Shown here one piece after another: positions 20,774 through 31,373 of a stretch of DNA of 64,000 nt (positions within the stretch are counted from its first letter, which is position 1; every line of letters starts with the position of its first letter). The stretch comes from Candidatus Enterousia sp. (lineage in GTDB: Bacteria; Pseudomonadota; Alphaproteobacteria; Rs-D84): contig JAZURV010000002.1 in assembly GCA_045606425.1 (NCBI GenBank), positions 22,706 to 86,705 on the forward strand, in the 5' to 3' direction. Both the position numbers and the translations under genes were made by a program. Under the pieces are notes generated by a model that was not told where the DNA came from, ran no database searches, and saw only the letters and a list, made by a program, of their open reading frames with translations.

Positions 20774-20849
20774 GGAGGCATAGCTCAGTTGGTAGAGCAA
20801 ATGACTTTTAATCATTGGGTCCAGAGTTCGAGTCTCTGTGCCTCCACCA
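20774..20849 (+). tRNA. tRNA-Lys(TTT)
   Basis: Cloverleaf GGAGGCA...AATGA-CTTTTAA-TCATT...GTTCGAG...TGCCTCCACCA. Confidence 0.95.
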
Positions 20850-21263
20850 AAAAAATCAACGACCTTTTGGTCGTTTATTTTTTTGCACAGAGACGAAGAA
20901 CGACAGAGTTCGAAAATAAGTAGATTTTGCAAGTGCAACGCAGCAAAATCGTCACGTTTTGCGCGCAGCAACACATTGAAAATGTGTTAGCGAGCGACTA
21001 TGAGTTTGTGTTTGCAAACGAAGTACAGCGAACACAATACGAATGCGGCGCAGGCATCTATGCCAAGCCAGTCTCTGTGCCTCCACCACGAAAAATTGTT
21101 AGCCCACACAAAAAAGTGTGGGCTTAAAATTTTTCAGTGTCCTGCCGTAGCCCAGCAATTTTTCACAGCAAATTATACTTTCTGGGAACGGCGAAGGCGG
21201 ACATTAAAACGACCTTTTGGTCGTTTATTTTTTTTTGCACAGAGATGAAGAACGACAGAGTTC
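20831..21263 (+). repeat. tRNA-Lys-linked repeats
   Basis: The 3'-terminal 19 bp of the tRNA (20831-20849) is repeated at 21070-21088. A ~55-bp terminator-like segment at 20858-20911 is repeated at 21208-21263. Confidence 0.8.
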
Positions 21264-21341
21264 ATTTTATTAAAAAACACTTGACAAACGATATTTTTGT
21301 ATTATATTTGCATTGTATTAACCAACCAAAAGGCAAAAAAC

Positions 21342-21800
21342 ATGGTGCAGATGACACAGAAAAAACGCATGATTTTGAACGCAGCCAACAATTTGGATTA
21401 TATTGGACAAACAGTGGTTTTCAATGCAAGCGTTGACGACGAAGGTGAAACAACAATCGCAGTGCACGTATACCAAAAAGATGAAAGAACAGGTTTTTTC
21501 GCTGACAATGTTCTTGCAGGCAAAAGTTTGAAAAAAATTGGTTTCAAAAAAGTTTCTACACCTGCCCAATACGGTGACATTTTGGCTTATGCTGATATCG
21601 TTCTTGAATATGAAATTGGCAAAAAACCTTATACCATAACAAAGGCCGATGTTAAAGAATTAGGCGCCCTGAAAGCGATTATGGATTATACAAACCCAAG
21701 AATACACGTCTGTCACGATTTAACACTGGGACTGGAAGAAGTTCCCGCCAGAGAATTCAGACAAGCGATTGCTAATTATTTGAAACAACATCAAAAGTAA
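21342..21800 (+). CDS. Hypothetical protein
   Basis: ORF with an upstream TTGACA promoter-like site and a downstream terminator. Confidence 0.6.
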   Translation: MVQMTQKKRMILNAANNLDYIGQTVVFNASVDDEGETTIAVHVYQKDERTGFFADNVLAGKSLKKIGFKKVSTPAQYGDILAYADIVLEYEIGKKPYTITKADVKELGALKAIMDYTNPRIHVCHDLTLGLEEVPAREFRQAIANYLKQHQK

Positions 21801-21814
21801 GTTGCAAAACTGTT

Positions 21815-21843
21815 AAAAAACCGCCTGAACAGGCGGTTTTTTT
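21815..21843. terminator. Bidirectional intrinsic terminator
   Basis: AAAAAACCGCCTG-AA-CAGGCGGTTTTTT. Confidence 0.85.
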
Positions 21844-22462
21844 ATTTTTCCCTATGTGAATTTTTCTTACGCGCGGTATAACCGGTGGCATAGAACCAAT
21901 CGTCTATCATGGACAGTGTTGTTTCAATATATCGCGCGATTTCTTTGGGCGAATTATGATATTTGTATTCGTTCAAAATCTGGTTTAATTCCTGGGCTAT
22001 AAAAGATAAAACCTGGGTATGTTGCGGGTCCAAAACCTCTATTTTATCTGATTTGTAAAGTAAATCTTCCAGGTTGTCCAATTGCTTTTGAATGCTTCGA
22101 ATATATTTGGCGTCCAGATTCAGTTTCTTGTAATTCAGGTTGATATCCTGCATTGGAACTTCGATATGTTTCAGGCCAATTATGTTTTTCATCTCTGCCA
22201 GAATTTTTAATAAATACCCGTCCAAAACACTTATAACGGCAATGTGTTGGTGTTTGTGCATGCGCCGCGTTATAAGAAAATTAGAATAATCATAAAACAA
22301 AAACACCAACGGAATCGCCAACAACGATGCCGCCACATTGTTCATTAAATCTATCCAATTCGGGTCATGCAGATAATCTTTGGACAGGTCAAAAACAATC
22401 ACCCCGCCCGCAATAGACAAAACATAAGGTATAGATTTCAAAGCAAAATGTATCAAAGACAT
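21842..22462 (-). CDS. Hypothetical membrane protein (2 TM)
   Basis: Start reassigned to MSLIHF; two hydrophobic helices. Confidence 0.6.
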   Translation of the reverse strand: MSLIHFALKSIPYVLSIAGGVIVFDLSKDYLHDPNWIDLMNNVAASLLAIPLVFLFYDYSNFLITRRMHKHQHIAVISVLDGYLLKILAEMKNIIGLKHIEVPMQDINLNYKKLNLDAKYIRSIQKQLDNLEDLLYKSDKIEVLDPQHTQVLSFIAQELNQILNEYKYHNSPKEIARYIETTLSMIDDWFYATGYTARKKNSHREK

Positions 22463-22597
22463 AACGATTATTATAGATATTTTTTGCGTTTTTAATACAA
22501 GAACTAAATCCCAGAAAAATGCACCCTGCCCTTGAAAATTGGCATAAAAAGCGCTATAATTATCATGTTGGGTGGTATAAACCAAAGGGGTGTAGTT

Positions 22598-24727
22598 ATG
22601 GCTTTATCATTAAAACAAAAACTGTTTGATTATTTTGCACAGCGTCATTTTGATTTAATGACACCTGAACAACGCGCCCGCTTTGATGATTATGCCAAGA
22701 ACGAAGATTTCCTTGGGCACATGAAACATTGGAACGATAATTACAAAGGTGCCATGTTGCCAGATTTATTATCTGCAACGGTCGCTGGTGCGGCGAACGA
22801 CCACCAACTAAGTCCCGCCGAATGGGAAGAATTATATGATGCTTTCCAAGAAGCGTTTCAAGCGATGGATTCGGCAAAAACACCATCTGTTGGTTTTGAA
22901 GGTCCATATAAAAAAGCCACGAAAGATTTTATTGCAAAATATTTCGGCGATTCTTCTAAAACATTTACAACAACCAGTGCAACAACGGGTCCAGGAAGTG
23001 CCACAGATATTCTTACACAGTTAAAAGATTTCTTGGGCGACAGAACTGTTACACCGCCTGCGACCCAAAGTCCATATACTGCGTTGAAACCATTTTTAAC
23101 AAACGTATTAAAAGATGTGTTTTCTGATGGTCTTGACTATGATGGGTTTATTGCCGGATTAAACAGTCAGAAATATAATTCTGATTTAAAATTTAGATCA
23201 AAAGTCGAAACTGTCATATATTATATCCAAAGAAACGGTCCCAGAATAGGCGCTTCTGTACCATCTCAAGGAGAATGGCCACAAGGCATAGGTTATACAT
23301 TTTTTGGTGCTGGTATAATGGCACAGGTAGACACTGTTGTGCCAGTATTAGAAAATATATATTCTGCAGATACGGATACGTGGTACGAAATGACGAACAA
23401 AAGTCGCCATGTCAATCAATTTAAAAACGATTTTTCAGAAATTTTTGATACACTATTGACCAAATCCACTGTGCGTTCTGATTTTTTGGCTAAAGCGCCT
23501 GACAAAATTTCTGCGCCTTTGACCAAGGCAATCGAACTGACCGATTATGAAAACAAAGATTCCAAAGACTATTTGCCAGAAAAGTATCCTGACGAAAAAA
23601 ATTGGATGCAACAATTTGAAGACTGGAAAAACGATACCTATGAAGATTATCTGCGTAAATTCACAAACCCAAGTCGCGGAACACGCATATTTTTCAGTCC
23701 TTGGTCGCAAAATATAATAAAAGCTTTTGATAAAGTAAAAATTAAACCAACCGATGGTTTGGAAGGAATCCTGGCAAAAAAGACTGAAATTGCAGACAAA
23801 CTAAAATCCAGTAAGAATTCGTCAGACCATTTTGATTGGTTTGTTAAGACTGTCGAATTATTAAAATCTGCCGGTATGGGCAAAGCAGTTGAAGGAGCAC
23901 TGCGCAATGGCGCGCAAATGCGTCATTTGGTATCAGGCCTGATTGCAGAGGCTGTAAAACAAGGCAAAGAAAAAGAAGCAAAAACCGCATTGGAAATTTT
24001 ATCTGTTGCAAAATACGGACTTTCATCCAGCAGAACCATGGATGCCATCAACAAAACAGATATGACAATATTTTCTGATGGAAAATTGTCTTGGAATAAA
24101 AACGAAGGCATCAAAATGGTCACAGGTGCATTTGACCGAACAATAAAAGCCGGAATCCAGGGCATTGGTTATGCCGCAACAGGTACATACAATTTCATAC
24201 AACATCGTCGCACAAAAATCGGAAACGATATCAGAAGTAATTCTGTACTGAAAAAAGCACACGATGAATGGGAACAAGAAGACAATCTGGCACTGACAAA
24301 CAAACAAAACGAAAATCGCCGTATGAATGTAGACATGAAATTGGATACATTGGCGCATGGACATGGATTATCAGGGCGCGTGATTGCAAACGAAACAGAC
24401 CTGACAAATGCGGAAAATGCTTTGTCTGCCATGGCACCAGGGGCCGCGGGATACGATGATTTAAAGGCTGATATCGATTTGTATAAAGATTCCAAATCCA
24501 GAAAAGATGCCGTTACAAATTGGCGCGATGACCACAAAGATAAATTCCGTGAACTGATTGCATATTGGGACATGTTGGAATCTGTTGGAAAAAGCCACTC
24601 TTTCACATTAGGCAGTATGAGCGCGAAACGCAAAGCATATATAAAAGATTTTGCACGCGGAACCAGTCAGGCGCAAAACGATTTTAATGCATACCTTGCC
24701 CAATATGGGGGACTTCGAACGGCTTGA
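22598..24727 (+). CDS. Large hypothetical helical protein
   Basis: Long ORF; start reassigned to MALSLKQK after an AAGGGG RBS. Confidence 0.7.
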   Translation: MALSLKQKLFDYFAQRHFDLMTPEQRARFDDYAKNEDFLGHMKHWNDNYKGAMLPDLLSATVAGAANDHQLSPAEWEELYDAFQEAFQAMDSAKTPSVGFEGPYKKATKDFIAKYFGDSSKTFTTTSATTGPGSATDILTQLKDFLGDRTVTPPATQSPYTALKPFLTNVLKDVFSDGLDYDGFIAGLNSQKYNSDLKFRSKVETVIYYIQRNGPRIGASVPSQGEWPQGIGYTFFGAGIMAQVDTVVPVLENIYSADTDTWYEMTNKSRHVNQFKNDFSEIFDTLLTKSTVRSDFLAKAPDKISAPLTKAIELTDYENKDSKDYLPEKYPDEKNWMQQFEDWKNDTYEDYLRKFTNPSRGTRIFFSPWSQNIIKAFDKVKIKPTDGLEGILAKKTEIADKLKSSKNSSDHFDWFVKTVELLKSAGMGKAVEGALRNGAQMRHLVSGLIAEAVKQGKEKEAKTALEILSVAKYGLSSSRTMDAINKTDMTIFSDGKLSWNKNEGIKMVTGAFDRTIKAGIQGIGYAATGTYNFIQHRRTKIGNDIRSNSVLKKAHDEWEQEDNLALTNKQNENRRMNVDMKLDTLAHGHGLSGRVIANETDLTNAENALSAMAPGAAGYDDLKADIDLYKDSKSRKDAVTNWRDDHKDKFRELIAYWDMLESVGKSHSFTLGSMSAKRKAYIKDFARGTSQAQNDFNAYLAQYGGLRTA

Positions 24728-24822
24728 TTTTTATGTTGATTTGTGATATAATGTGACTAATTCGGACGGCGTGTTGCCGTCCGTTTTTATTTTCCAAACA
24801 TTTTAAACTAAAAGGATTTAAT

Positions 24823-25404
24823 ATGACACGAATTCTGCAGATTCGTCGCGGCAGTGCCGCACAAAACGATAATTTTACCGGGCTTTCTGGTGAAATAACT
24901 ATGGACACAACAAACAAAACAATTCGCATACATGATGGCGAAACGCTGGGCGGAATTGCACTGGCGCGCGACAACACTGTTGTTCACCAGGGCGAAATTG
25001 TTCCGTTTGATATAAACACTGTCAGTGCTGATTTTTGGCAAAATTTGTTTGCGACATACCAATCTGCACCATTTAAAACCCAGGCAGGCAATTTGATGAA
25101 TGTCGTCAATAACGCGGCTTTTTTCGATGATTCTTTTTCTGAATTGACCGATTTGCCGTTATTTGTACGGGCAAGCCTGGTTTGCCAGGACGACAACGCG
25201 GGCTATGTCACTGGCGATGAAACATACGCATTTGGCATTGGCGATTATGTCGCGCCACTGGTTTACAGTTATATCGATAATGGCATTGTGCATGCACGCC
25301 TGTTTTCTGGGGCGCAGACATTTTGGGTGCCACATAAAACGACCGGCATTCGGACAAATTTGACCGCCAGCAAATGGAAACTAAAAATGACAGTTTATTA
25401 TTGA
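24823..25404 (+). CDS. Phage fibre protein with Mtd_N-like N-terminal domain
   Basis: ILQIRRGSAAQNDNFTGLSGEITMDTTNKTIRIHDGETLGG matches the N-terminal domain pattern of BPP-1 Mtd-type fibres. Confidence 0.7.
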   Translation: MTRILQIRRGSAAQNDNFTGLSGEITMDTTNKTIRIHDGETLGGIALARDNTVVHQGEIVPFDINTVSADFWQNLFATYQSAPFKTQAGNLMNVVNNAAFFDDSFSELTDLPLFVRASLVCQDDNAGYVTGDETYAFGIGDYVAPLVYSYIDNGIVHARLFSGAQTFWVPHKTTGIRTNLTASKWKLKMTVYY

Positions 25405-25464
25405 AAACCCAAAAAAATATGCTATGGTTATGCGCGAAGAATGAATGTAAACAAAGGATAAATA

Positions 25465-26715
25465 ATGTACATACTTGCTTTAAATTGTGGTTCATCGTCC
25501 CTGAAATACCAGGTGTTTGACGCAGATACTAAAAATGTTGTTGTTGGCGGAAATGTTGAAAAAATCGGATTGCCAGATTCTTTTGTGACACAAAAATATC
25601 CAGATGGAACAAAAGAAAAGAAAGTCACAGAAATGAAAGACCACAAAGAAGCATTAAGTGTCGTTATACAAATGTTGCAGGCTGCATCTGTCGATATGAA
25701 TGAAATCGGTGGTGTTGGTCATCGTGTTGTTATGGGTGGCGACAAATTCGCATCGTCTGTGGAAGTGACCGACGAAGTCATCAAAACCCTGCGTGATTTG
25801 ACACCATTGGCACCTTTGCACAACCCAAGTGGCGTGTTGGGAATCGTGACTGCAAAACAATTGTTGCCAAATGCAAAGCAAGTTGCCGTATTTGATACTG
25901 CATTTCATCAGACGATGAAACCGGTATCTTTCCGTTATCCTGTGCCATCTGAATGGTACACAGAATTGGGCGTACGCAGATACGGGTTCCACGGAACATC
26001 GCATTTGTATGTTTCAAAACGCGCAGCGGCGATGTTGGGCAAACCTGCATCGATGTGCAATTTAATTACTGCACACATTGGTTCGGGTGCATCCATCACA
26101 GCCATTAAAAACGGCGTCAGCGTGGATACTTCCATGGGAATGACACCAACCGCAGGTTTAATGATGGGAACGCGTTGTGGTGATATTGACCCATCTATTC
26201 CGTCCTATGTCGCAGCCCGCAAAGGTTTGTCGATTGAAACAGTTCAAAACGAATTGAATAAAAAATCTGGTTTGATGGGCGTGACCAAATGTTTCAGCGA
26301 CGGTCGCGATGTCAAAGAAAACCAAGACACCAACGAAGACTGCAAATTGGCATTGGAAATGCAGACCCAGACAGTGAAAAAATACATCGGTTCGTATATA
26401 GCTGAATTGGGACATGTTGACGCGTTGGTGTTGACCGCCGGGGTTTGCGAAAACGACGATTATATGCGCGAAAAATTCTGTGAAGGCATGGAAGAATTGG
26501 GCATAAAAATGGACAAAGAAGCGAATAAAAAAGCCGGCAGAGATGTTGCAGAGGCGGTTTTAAGCGCACCTGATTCGCGCATCAAAATCTTTAAGATTGC
26601 GACAAACGAAGAATTGGTTATTGTCGAAGACACAATCGCAATCATGAATGGCACATACAACGCCGACCATTTGAAAATGGCATATTCGTTTGCCACCTCA
26701 CAAAAAGTAAGATAA
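25465..26715 (+). CDS. ackA: Acetate kinase
   Basis: ILALNCGSSSLK, GHRVV, APLHNP, VAVFDTAFH, RRYGFHGTSH, TNEE. Confidence 0.95.
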   Translation: MYILALNCGSSSLKYQVFDADTKNVVVGGNVEKIGLPDSFVTQKYPDGTKEKKVTEMKDHKEALSVVIQMLQAASVDMNEIGGVGHRVVMGGDKFASSVEVTDEVIKTLRDLTPLAPLHNPSGVLGIVTAKQLLPNAKQVAVFDTAFHQTMKPVSFRYPVPSEWYTELGVRRYGFHGTSHLYVSKRAAAMLGKPASMCNLITAHIGSGASITAIKNGVSVDTSMGMTPTAGLMMGTRCGDIDPSIPSYVAARKGLSIETVQNELNKKSGLMGVTKCFSDGRDVKENQDTNEDCKLALEMQTQTVKKYIGSYIAELGHVDALVLTAGVCENDDYMREKFCEGMEELGIKMDKEANKKAGRDVAEAVLSAPDSRIKIFKIATNEELVIVEDTIAIMNGTYNADHLKMAYSFATSQKVR

Positions 26716-26729
26716 TATTTGTTATCAAG

Positions 26730-26759
26730 AAAAAACACTGGCAGACGCCAGTGTTTTTT
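26730..26759. terminator. Bidirectional intrinsic terminator
   Basis: AAAAAACACTGGC-AGAC-GCCAGTGTTTTTT. Confidence 0.8.
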
Positions 26760-26778
26760 AAGAAAACGTCCGAATATT

Positions 26779-27486
26779 TTAACGAGAATGACCGGGGTAT
26801 ACATCACCATGCGCAACGTCTTTTTGTGCAAGTTTTTGCACAGAATCACGAGCAGCATAAAATTTACGCGCCCGCTGTTTTGCTTCTTTTTCTGCCACGT
26901 GTCGTGCATAATGAGTTTCATCAAAACTATCTGCCCATACCGCATACTTTTGATATTTGTTGTCTATCGTGATATCCGTCTCGTTATAAGGAATCTCATA
27001 AGCGTCCAGCATACTCAAGTACAGCTCCACAGCCAAATAAGGTCTTTCTTTTAAAACGTTAGCAAGATTTACTTCTGGACCGTCAATATGATACAAATAC
27101 TCTTTCAAAAGATTCTGCTTATCTAAATCTTTTCCTTTTAACACTTGGGATATTTTTTGTGTTACATATTCTTTTTCTTTATCCGTCAACTTATTCCATA
27201 CTGGTTCCAGATGTTCTTTTTCACCCAATAGCAGATGTTCTTTTATTAAATCGAAGTAAAATTTTTCTGCCACTTTTATGCTATCTTCGTAAGCAGCCGC
27301 TTTTGCCAAATAATCATTCAATTCTGTTTTGACTGCTTTCTGTTCTTTAGCATTTTGCACCCCCGTAAACTTAGATACACCGAAGCCCAACAACACAGCA
27401 CCAATAATTGCCGCCGCGGCATTCTTAGGATCGCGCAATTGTTGACGAGCAACATCCAGCACGTTTTGCAAACTGTTTTTTTTCAT
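26779..27486 (-). CDS. Hypothetical protein with N-terminal TM
   Basis: AGGAG RBS; 235-aa ORF. Confidence 0.6.
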   Translation of the reverse strand: MKKNSLQNVLDVARQQLRDPKNAAAAIIGAVLLGFGVSKFTGVQNAKEQKAVKTELNDYLAKAAAYEDSIKVAEKFYFDLIKEHLLLGEKEHLEPVWNKLTDKEKEYVTQKISQVLKGKDLDKQNLLKEYLYHIDGPEVNLANVLKERPYLAVELYLSMLDAYEIPYNETDITIDNKYQKYAVWADSFDETHYARHVAEKEAKQRARKFYAARDSVQKLAQKDVAHGDVYPGHSR

Positions 27487-27668
27487 ATCAACACTCCTTA
27501 ATTTTCATTATTTTCAATGATACCATAAACCAAGACTTAAATCAAGCCTTTTATACCATTATTCCCAAGAAATGCACAACACAGAGGTTTTGCTATTAAA
27601 AATGGCACACATTAGTCATCATAGTTTTTTATTGGCACAAAAATAAAAAATTTGCTAAATTTAATAAT

Positions 27669-29735
27669 ATGGATAATGAAATCTTTGATTTTTTTAATAC
27701 AGATTTACAATTTATACATGGCGTGGGACCTGTGCTGGCCGCGAAATTTGACGAAGTGTTGGGCGGGCGACGCGTTCTGGATTTCTTGTTGCATATTCCG
27801 TCCTATGTTCGTCCGCGCGAAATACTTGATTCTGTGGTTGGTGCACAAAATGGCGATACGATTACAATTTCATTACAGGTAAAATCTCACAAGAAAGGCG
27901 GTTTCTTTCGCGGTCGCCGCACCCCCAGTCAAATCGTCTGTGCAGATAAATTTGCCGCCCCCGTGACAATTCAATTTTTTAATACTAAATTTCTGGATTA
28001 TTGGATGGAAAAGATGCCAATCGGTCAATGGCGTATCGTCAGTGGCAAACTGGAATTTAACAACCGAAATGGCGCGATAATCAACCACCCTGATTTTATC
28101 GAAACGCCTGAAAACGCGTCAAAAATCCCGGCGCACCAGGCAATTTATCCGTCCGGCGCAGGATTGAGCCAGAAAACATTTTCCAATGTGCGCGACCAAA
28201 TTTTCAATATCATGCATGAACGAATTGCCGCGTATAAACTAAGCGAACGAATGCTGGAATTTTTGGACGCGTTGGAACATGTACACTATCCAGAAAACAA
28301 TGATGATTTGGCACCAAACAGTGATTATATTATAAAGTTAGCCTATTCTGAATTATTCGCACATCAAAGTGCGATTGCTATAAATCGTCGCGCACGATTG
28401 GCACAAAAAAATACGCGCCCAATTCGCCCAACTATCAAAAATCTGGTTGATAAATTCTATGAAATTTTGCCGTTTGAATTGACCGGCGCCCAACAACGAA
28501 CCATTGGTGAAATATACGCCGACATGGCACAGCCCATACCGATGATGCGCCTGGTTCAGGGCGATGTCGGTTCTGGCAAAACCATGGTTGCAATGGCGGC
28601 GGCGGTCAAAATGTCTGAAACAGGTGCACAAACAGTGTTATTGGCACCGACAGATACCCTGGCGCAACAACATTTCGCAAAAATAAAACCTATGTGCGAT
28701 GAAATTGGTCTGGTTTGCGATGTGTTGACCGGGCGCGACAAAGGCGCGGCGCGACGCGAAAAACTGATATCGCTGAAATCGGGGCGCACAAAAATCGCAA
28801 TTGGAACGCATGCCCTGTTTTCCGATGATGTAGAATACCGCGATTTGGGTTTGGTTATAATCGACGAACAGCATCGCTTTGGCGTGGACCAACGCACCGC
28901 CATGCGTGCCAAAGGAAAAAATCCAGATATGTTGGCACTGTCTGCGACGCCTATTCCGCGGACTTTATCTATGACTGTTTATGGTGATATGGATATTTCG
29001 ATTATAAATGAAAAGCCCGCAGGCCGCATGCCGATTAAAACATCTAAATTGCCGGTGGCGCGCGTGAATGCGCTGATTGAACGCATCGCGCCCCAGGTTG
29101 CAAACGGTGCAAAAATATTCTGGGTCTGTCCCCTGGTCGCAGAATCAGAGGTTTCAGACATGACCGCCGCAGAACAACGATGGGAAGAATTAAAAAAACA
29201 TTTCCCCGGCACTGGTCTTTGCCATGGTCAGATGGATAAAAAACAACGCGACAGTGTTATGGCTGAATTCGCAGACGAAAATTCAAAAATGCGCGTTCTG
29301 GTTTCGACCACTGTTATAGAGGTCGGAATCGATGTCCCGTCTGCCACGATTATGGTGATTGAAAACGCAGAACGATTTGGATTGGCTGCCCTGCACCAAT
29401 TACGCGGACGCGTCGGACGCGGGTCAAAACAATCATTCTGTGTTCTGTTATATGGATTAAATGTATCGCCAGATGGGATAAAACGATTAGATGTCCTTTG
29501 CGAAACAGACGACGGTTTCGTTATCGCAGAACAAGATTTAATGATGCGTGGCGTTGGTGAATTACTGGGCACGCGCCAAAGCGGTTGGATTCAATATCAT
29601 TTTGTAAACTATCGCGAACATCGGGATTTATTCAAATTGGCCCAGACCGCCGCCATGAATAATAATGACGAAGATATGTTGTGGGCAAAAACTTTGCGAA
29701 AAATATTTGATTGTTCAACTGTGGCGGGGGCATAA
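27669..29735 (+). CDS. recG: ATP-dependent DNA helicase RecG
   Basis: RLVQGDVGSGKT, IIDEQHRFGV, SATPIPRT, HQLRGRVGRG. Confidence 0.95.
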   Translation: MDNEIFDFFNTDLQFIHGVGPVLAAKFDEVLGGRRVLDFLLHIPSYVRPREILDSVVGAQNGDTITISLQVKSHKKGGFFRGRRTPSQIVCADKFAAPVTIQFFNTKFLDYWMEKMPIGQWRIVSGKLEFNNRNGAIINHPDFIETPENASKIPAHQAIYPSGAGLSQKTFSNVRDQIFNIMHERIAAYKLSERMLEFLDALEHVHYPENNDDLAPNSDYIIKLAYSELFAHQSAIAINRRARLAQKNTRPIRPTIKNLVDKFYEILPFELTGAQQRTIGEIYADMAQPIPMMRLVQGDVGSGKTMVAMAAAVKMSETGAQTVLLAPTDTLAQQHFAKIKPMCDEIGLVCDVLTGRDKGAARREKLISLKSGRTKIAIGTHALFSDDVEYRDLGLVIIDEQHRFGVDQRTAMRAKGKNPDMLALSATPIPRTLSMTVYGDMDISIINEKPAGRMPIKTSKLPVARVNALIERIAPQVANGAKIFWVCPLVAESEVSDMTAAEQRWEELKKHFPGTGLCHGQMDKKQRDSVMAEFADENSKMRVLVSTTVIEVGIDVPSATIMVIENAERFGLAALHQLRGRVGRGSKQSFCVLLYGLNVSPDGIKRLDVLCETDDGFVIAEQDLMMRGVGELLGTRQSGWIQYHFVNYREHRDLFKLAQTAAMNNNDEDMLWAKTLRKIFDCSTVAGA

Positions 29736-29737
29736 AG

Positions 29738-31033
29738 ATGAAACGCATATTTATGATTTTATTTTCTGTTTTTGTCGCACTGAATGCGAATGGCGCAACG
29801 ATTATAAACGATACAGAAATCGAAAAACAAATCACTGAAATTATAAAACCAATCGCGAACGCGGCAGATATTTCGACAAAAAGATTAAAAGTTTACATTG
29901 TAAACGACAACGATTTTAATGCCTTTGTCCGTGGTGGCGAAGATGTTTTTGTTTACACAGGTTTGTTAAAACAGATAAAAAACCCAAACGCCCTGCGCGC
30001 AGTTATTGCGCACGAATTGGGACATACTATCGGTGGACACATGGTTCAGATGTCGTCGCGCATACATGATGAAATGGTGCGCACAATGATTATCCAGGCA
30101 TTGGGGGTCGGGCTGATGGTGGCGGGCGGAAATCCAACCGCAGGCGTTGGTGTTATGGCGGGCGCGTCAGGCATCGCACAACAATCTATGCTGTCTTTTT
30201 CGCGTGACGAAGAACGCATGGCTGATGATATGGCGGTCGATTTGATGGTAAAGGCAAATCAGGACCCAAACGGACTGATAACTGTGTTCGAACAAATGCA
30301 CGATATGCACGGCGCGATTGAATCACGGATAAATCCAAATCGCATAAATCACCCCCTGACAGGCGAACGCATAAATAACGCAAAAACGAAAATATCAAAA
30401 CTGAAAAAATTGCCCAATATAGATGCGACAAATACCGCAACAGAAAATGCAAACTATGAAATATTGCGCGCGAAACTGATTGGGTATTTGGACAACGATA
30501 AAAATGTAGCGACAAAATACCCCTATTCCAACAAATCAGACGCGGCAATATACGCCCGTGCAATTGCTAATATGCGGGGCGGCGATTTAAAAACCGCAAA
30601 ATCAGGAACACAAACACTGATTAAACGGCACCCACGCAACCCATATTTTTACGAACTGATGGGCGATATAGAATTTCAATTTGGCGCATACGACGACAGT
30701 ATCGCCGCATATGAAAAAAGTTTATCTTTGACAAAAAATGCACCACAAATTGAAACCGCATTGGCATTGGTGCTTAGCGAACGAAACAAACCAGGCGACA
30801 CTGAACGCGCACGCGAATTATGCAAACGCGTTATATTGAACGAACCCGCGCCACTGGCATATTGGATATTGGCACGCGTGACGACGGGCGGTGAATCTGA
30901 TTGGGCAATGGCAGAATTCTATAACATGAACGGCGACAAAAAGAACGCGAAAAAATACGCGAAATTGGCCCAGAAAAAATCCAAAAAAGATTCGCCTGAA
31001 TACATAAAATCCGATGACATATTAAAAAAATAA
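29738..31033 (+). CDS. M48 metalloprotease with TPRs (BepA/YfgC-like)
   Basis: FNAF, VIAHELGH, FSRDEERMAD, HPLTGERI; signal peptide. Confidence 0.85.
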   Translation: MKRIFMILFSVFVALNANGATIINDTEIEKQITEIIKPIANAADISTKRLKVYIVNDNDFNAFVRGGEDVFVYTGLLKQIKNPNALRAVIAHELGHTIGGHMVQMSSRIHDEMVRTMIIQALGVGLMVAGGNPTAGVGVMAGASGIAQQSMLSFSRDEERMADDMAVDLMVKANQDPNGLITVFEQMHDMHGAIESRINPNRINHPLTGERINNAKTKISKLKKLPNIDATNTATENANYEILRAKLIGYLDNDKNVATKYPYSNKSDAAIYARAIANMRGGDLKTAKSGTQTLIKRHPRNPYFYELMGDIEFQFGAYDDSIAAYEKSLSLTKNAPQIETALALVLSERNKPGDTERARELCKRVILNEPAPLAYWILARVTTGGESDWAMAEFYNMNGDKKNAKKYAKLAQKKSKKDSPEYIKSDDILKK

Positions 31034-31086
31034 AAATCTTTATTAAAATTCACTTGCACAATCATACAGATTTTTTATAGAATGAA

Positions 31087-31271
31087 TTTGTCGAAAGGTG
31101 TTCTTTTGACGGGGTGTGAAGACCCGTAATAAAACAGCGTCCGAAAACAAAAAAATTTGGATGAAAAAATCTCCAGCCACATTAGGTTGGAGGGCGCGTG
31201 AATACTGTGTATTATTACACACAATAAACGGCACAATTTCTGTTTTAATTGTCTTCAACCTCCAACCGCCT
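31087..31271 (+). ncRNA. C4-antisense-like structured leader (copy B)
   Basis: Homologous to 20478-20636 (minus strand) with compensatory changes. Confidence 0.6.
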
Positions 31272-31373
31272 ATATTATAAGTGCGGTTTTTTTGTATTGC
31301 CATAAGAAGGATTTGACAATACGAATTCGCCACGGTTTGTACCCTGGCGAAAATCTGGGAAAGGAAAGGGATA

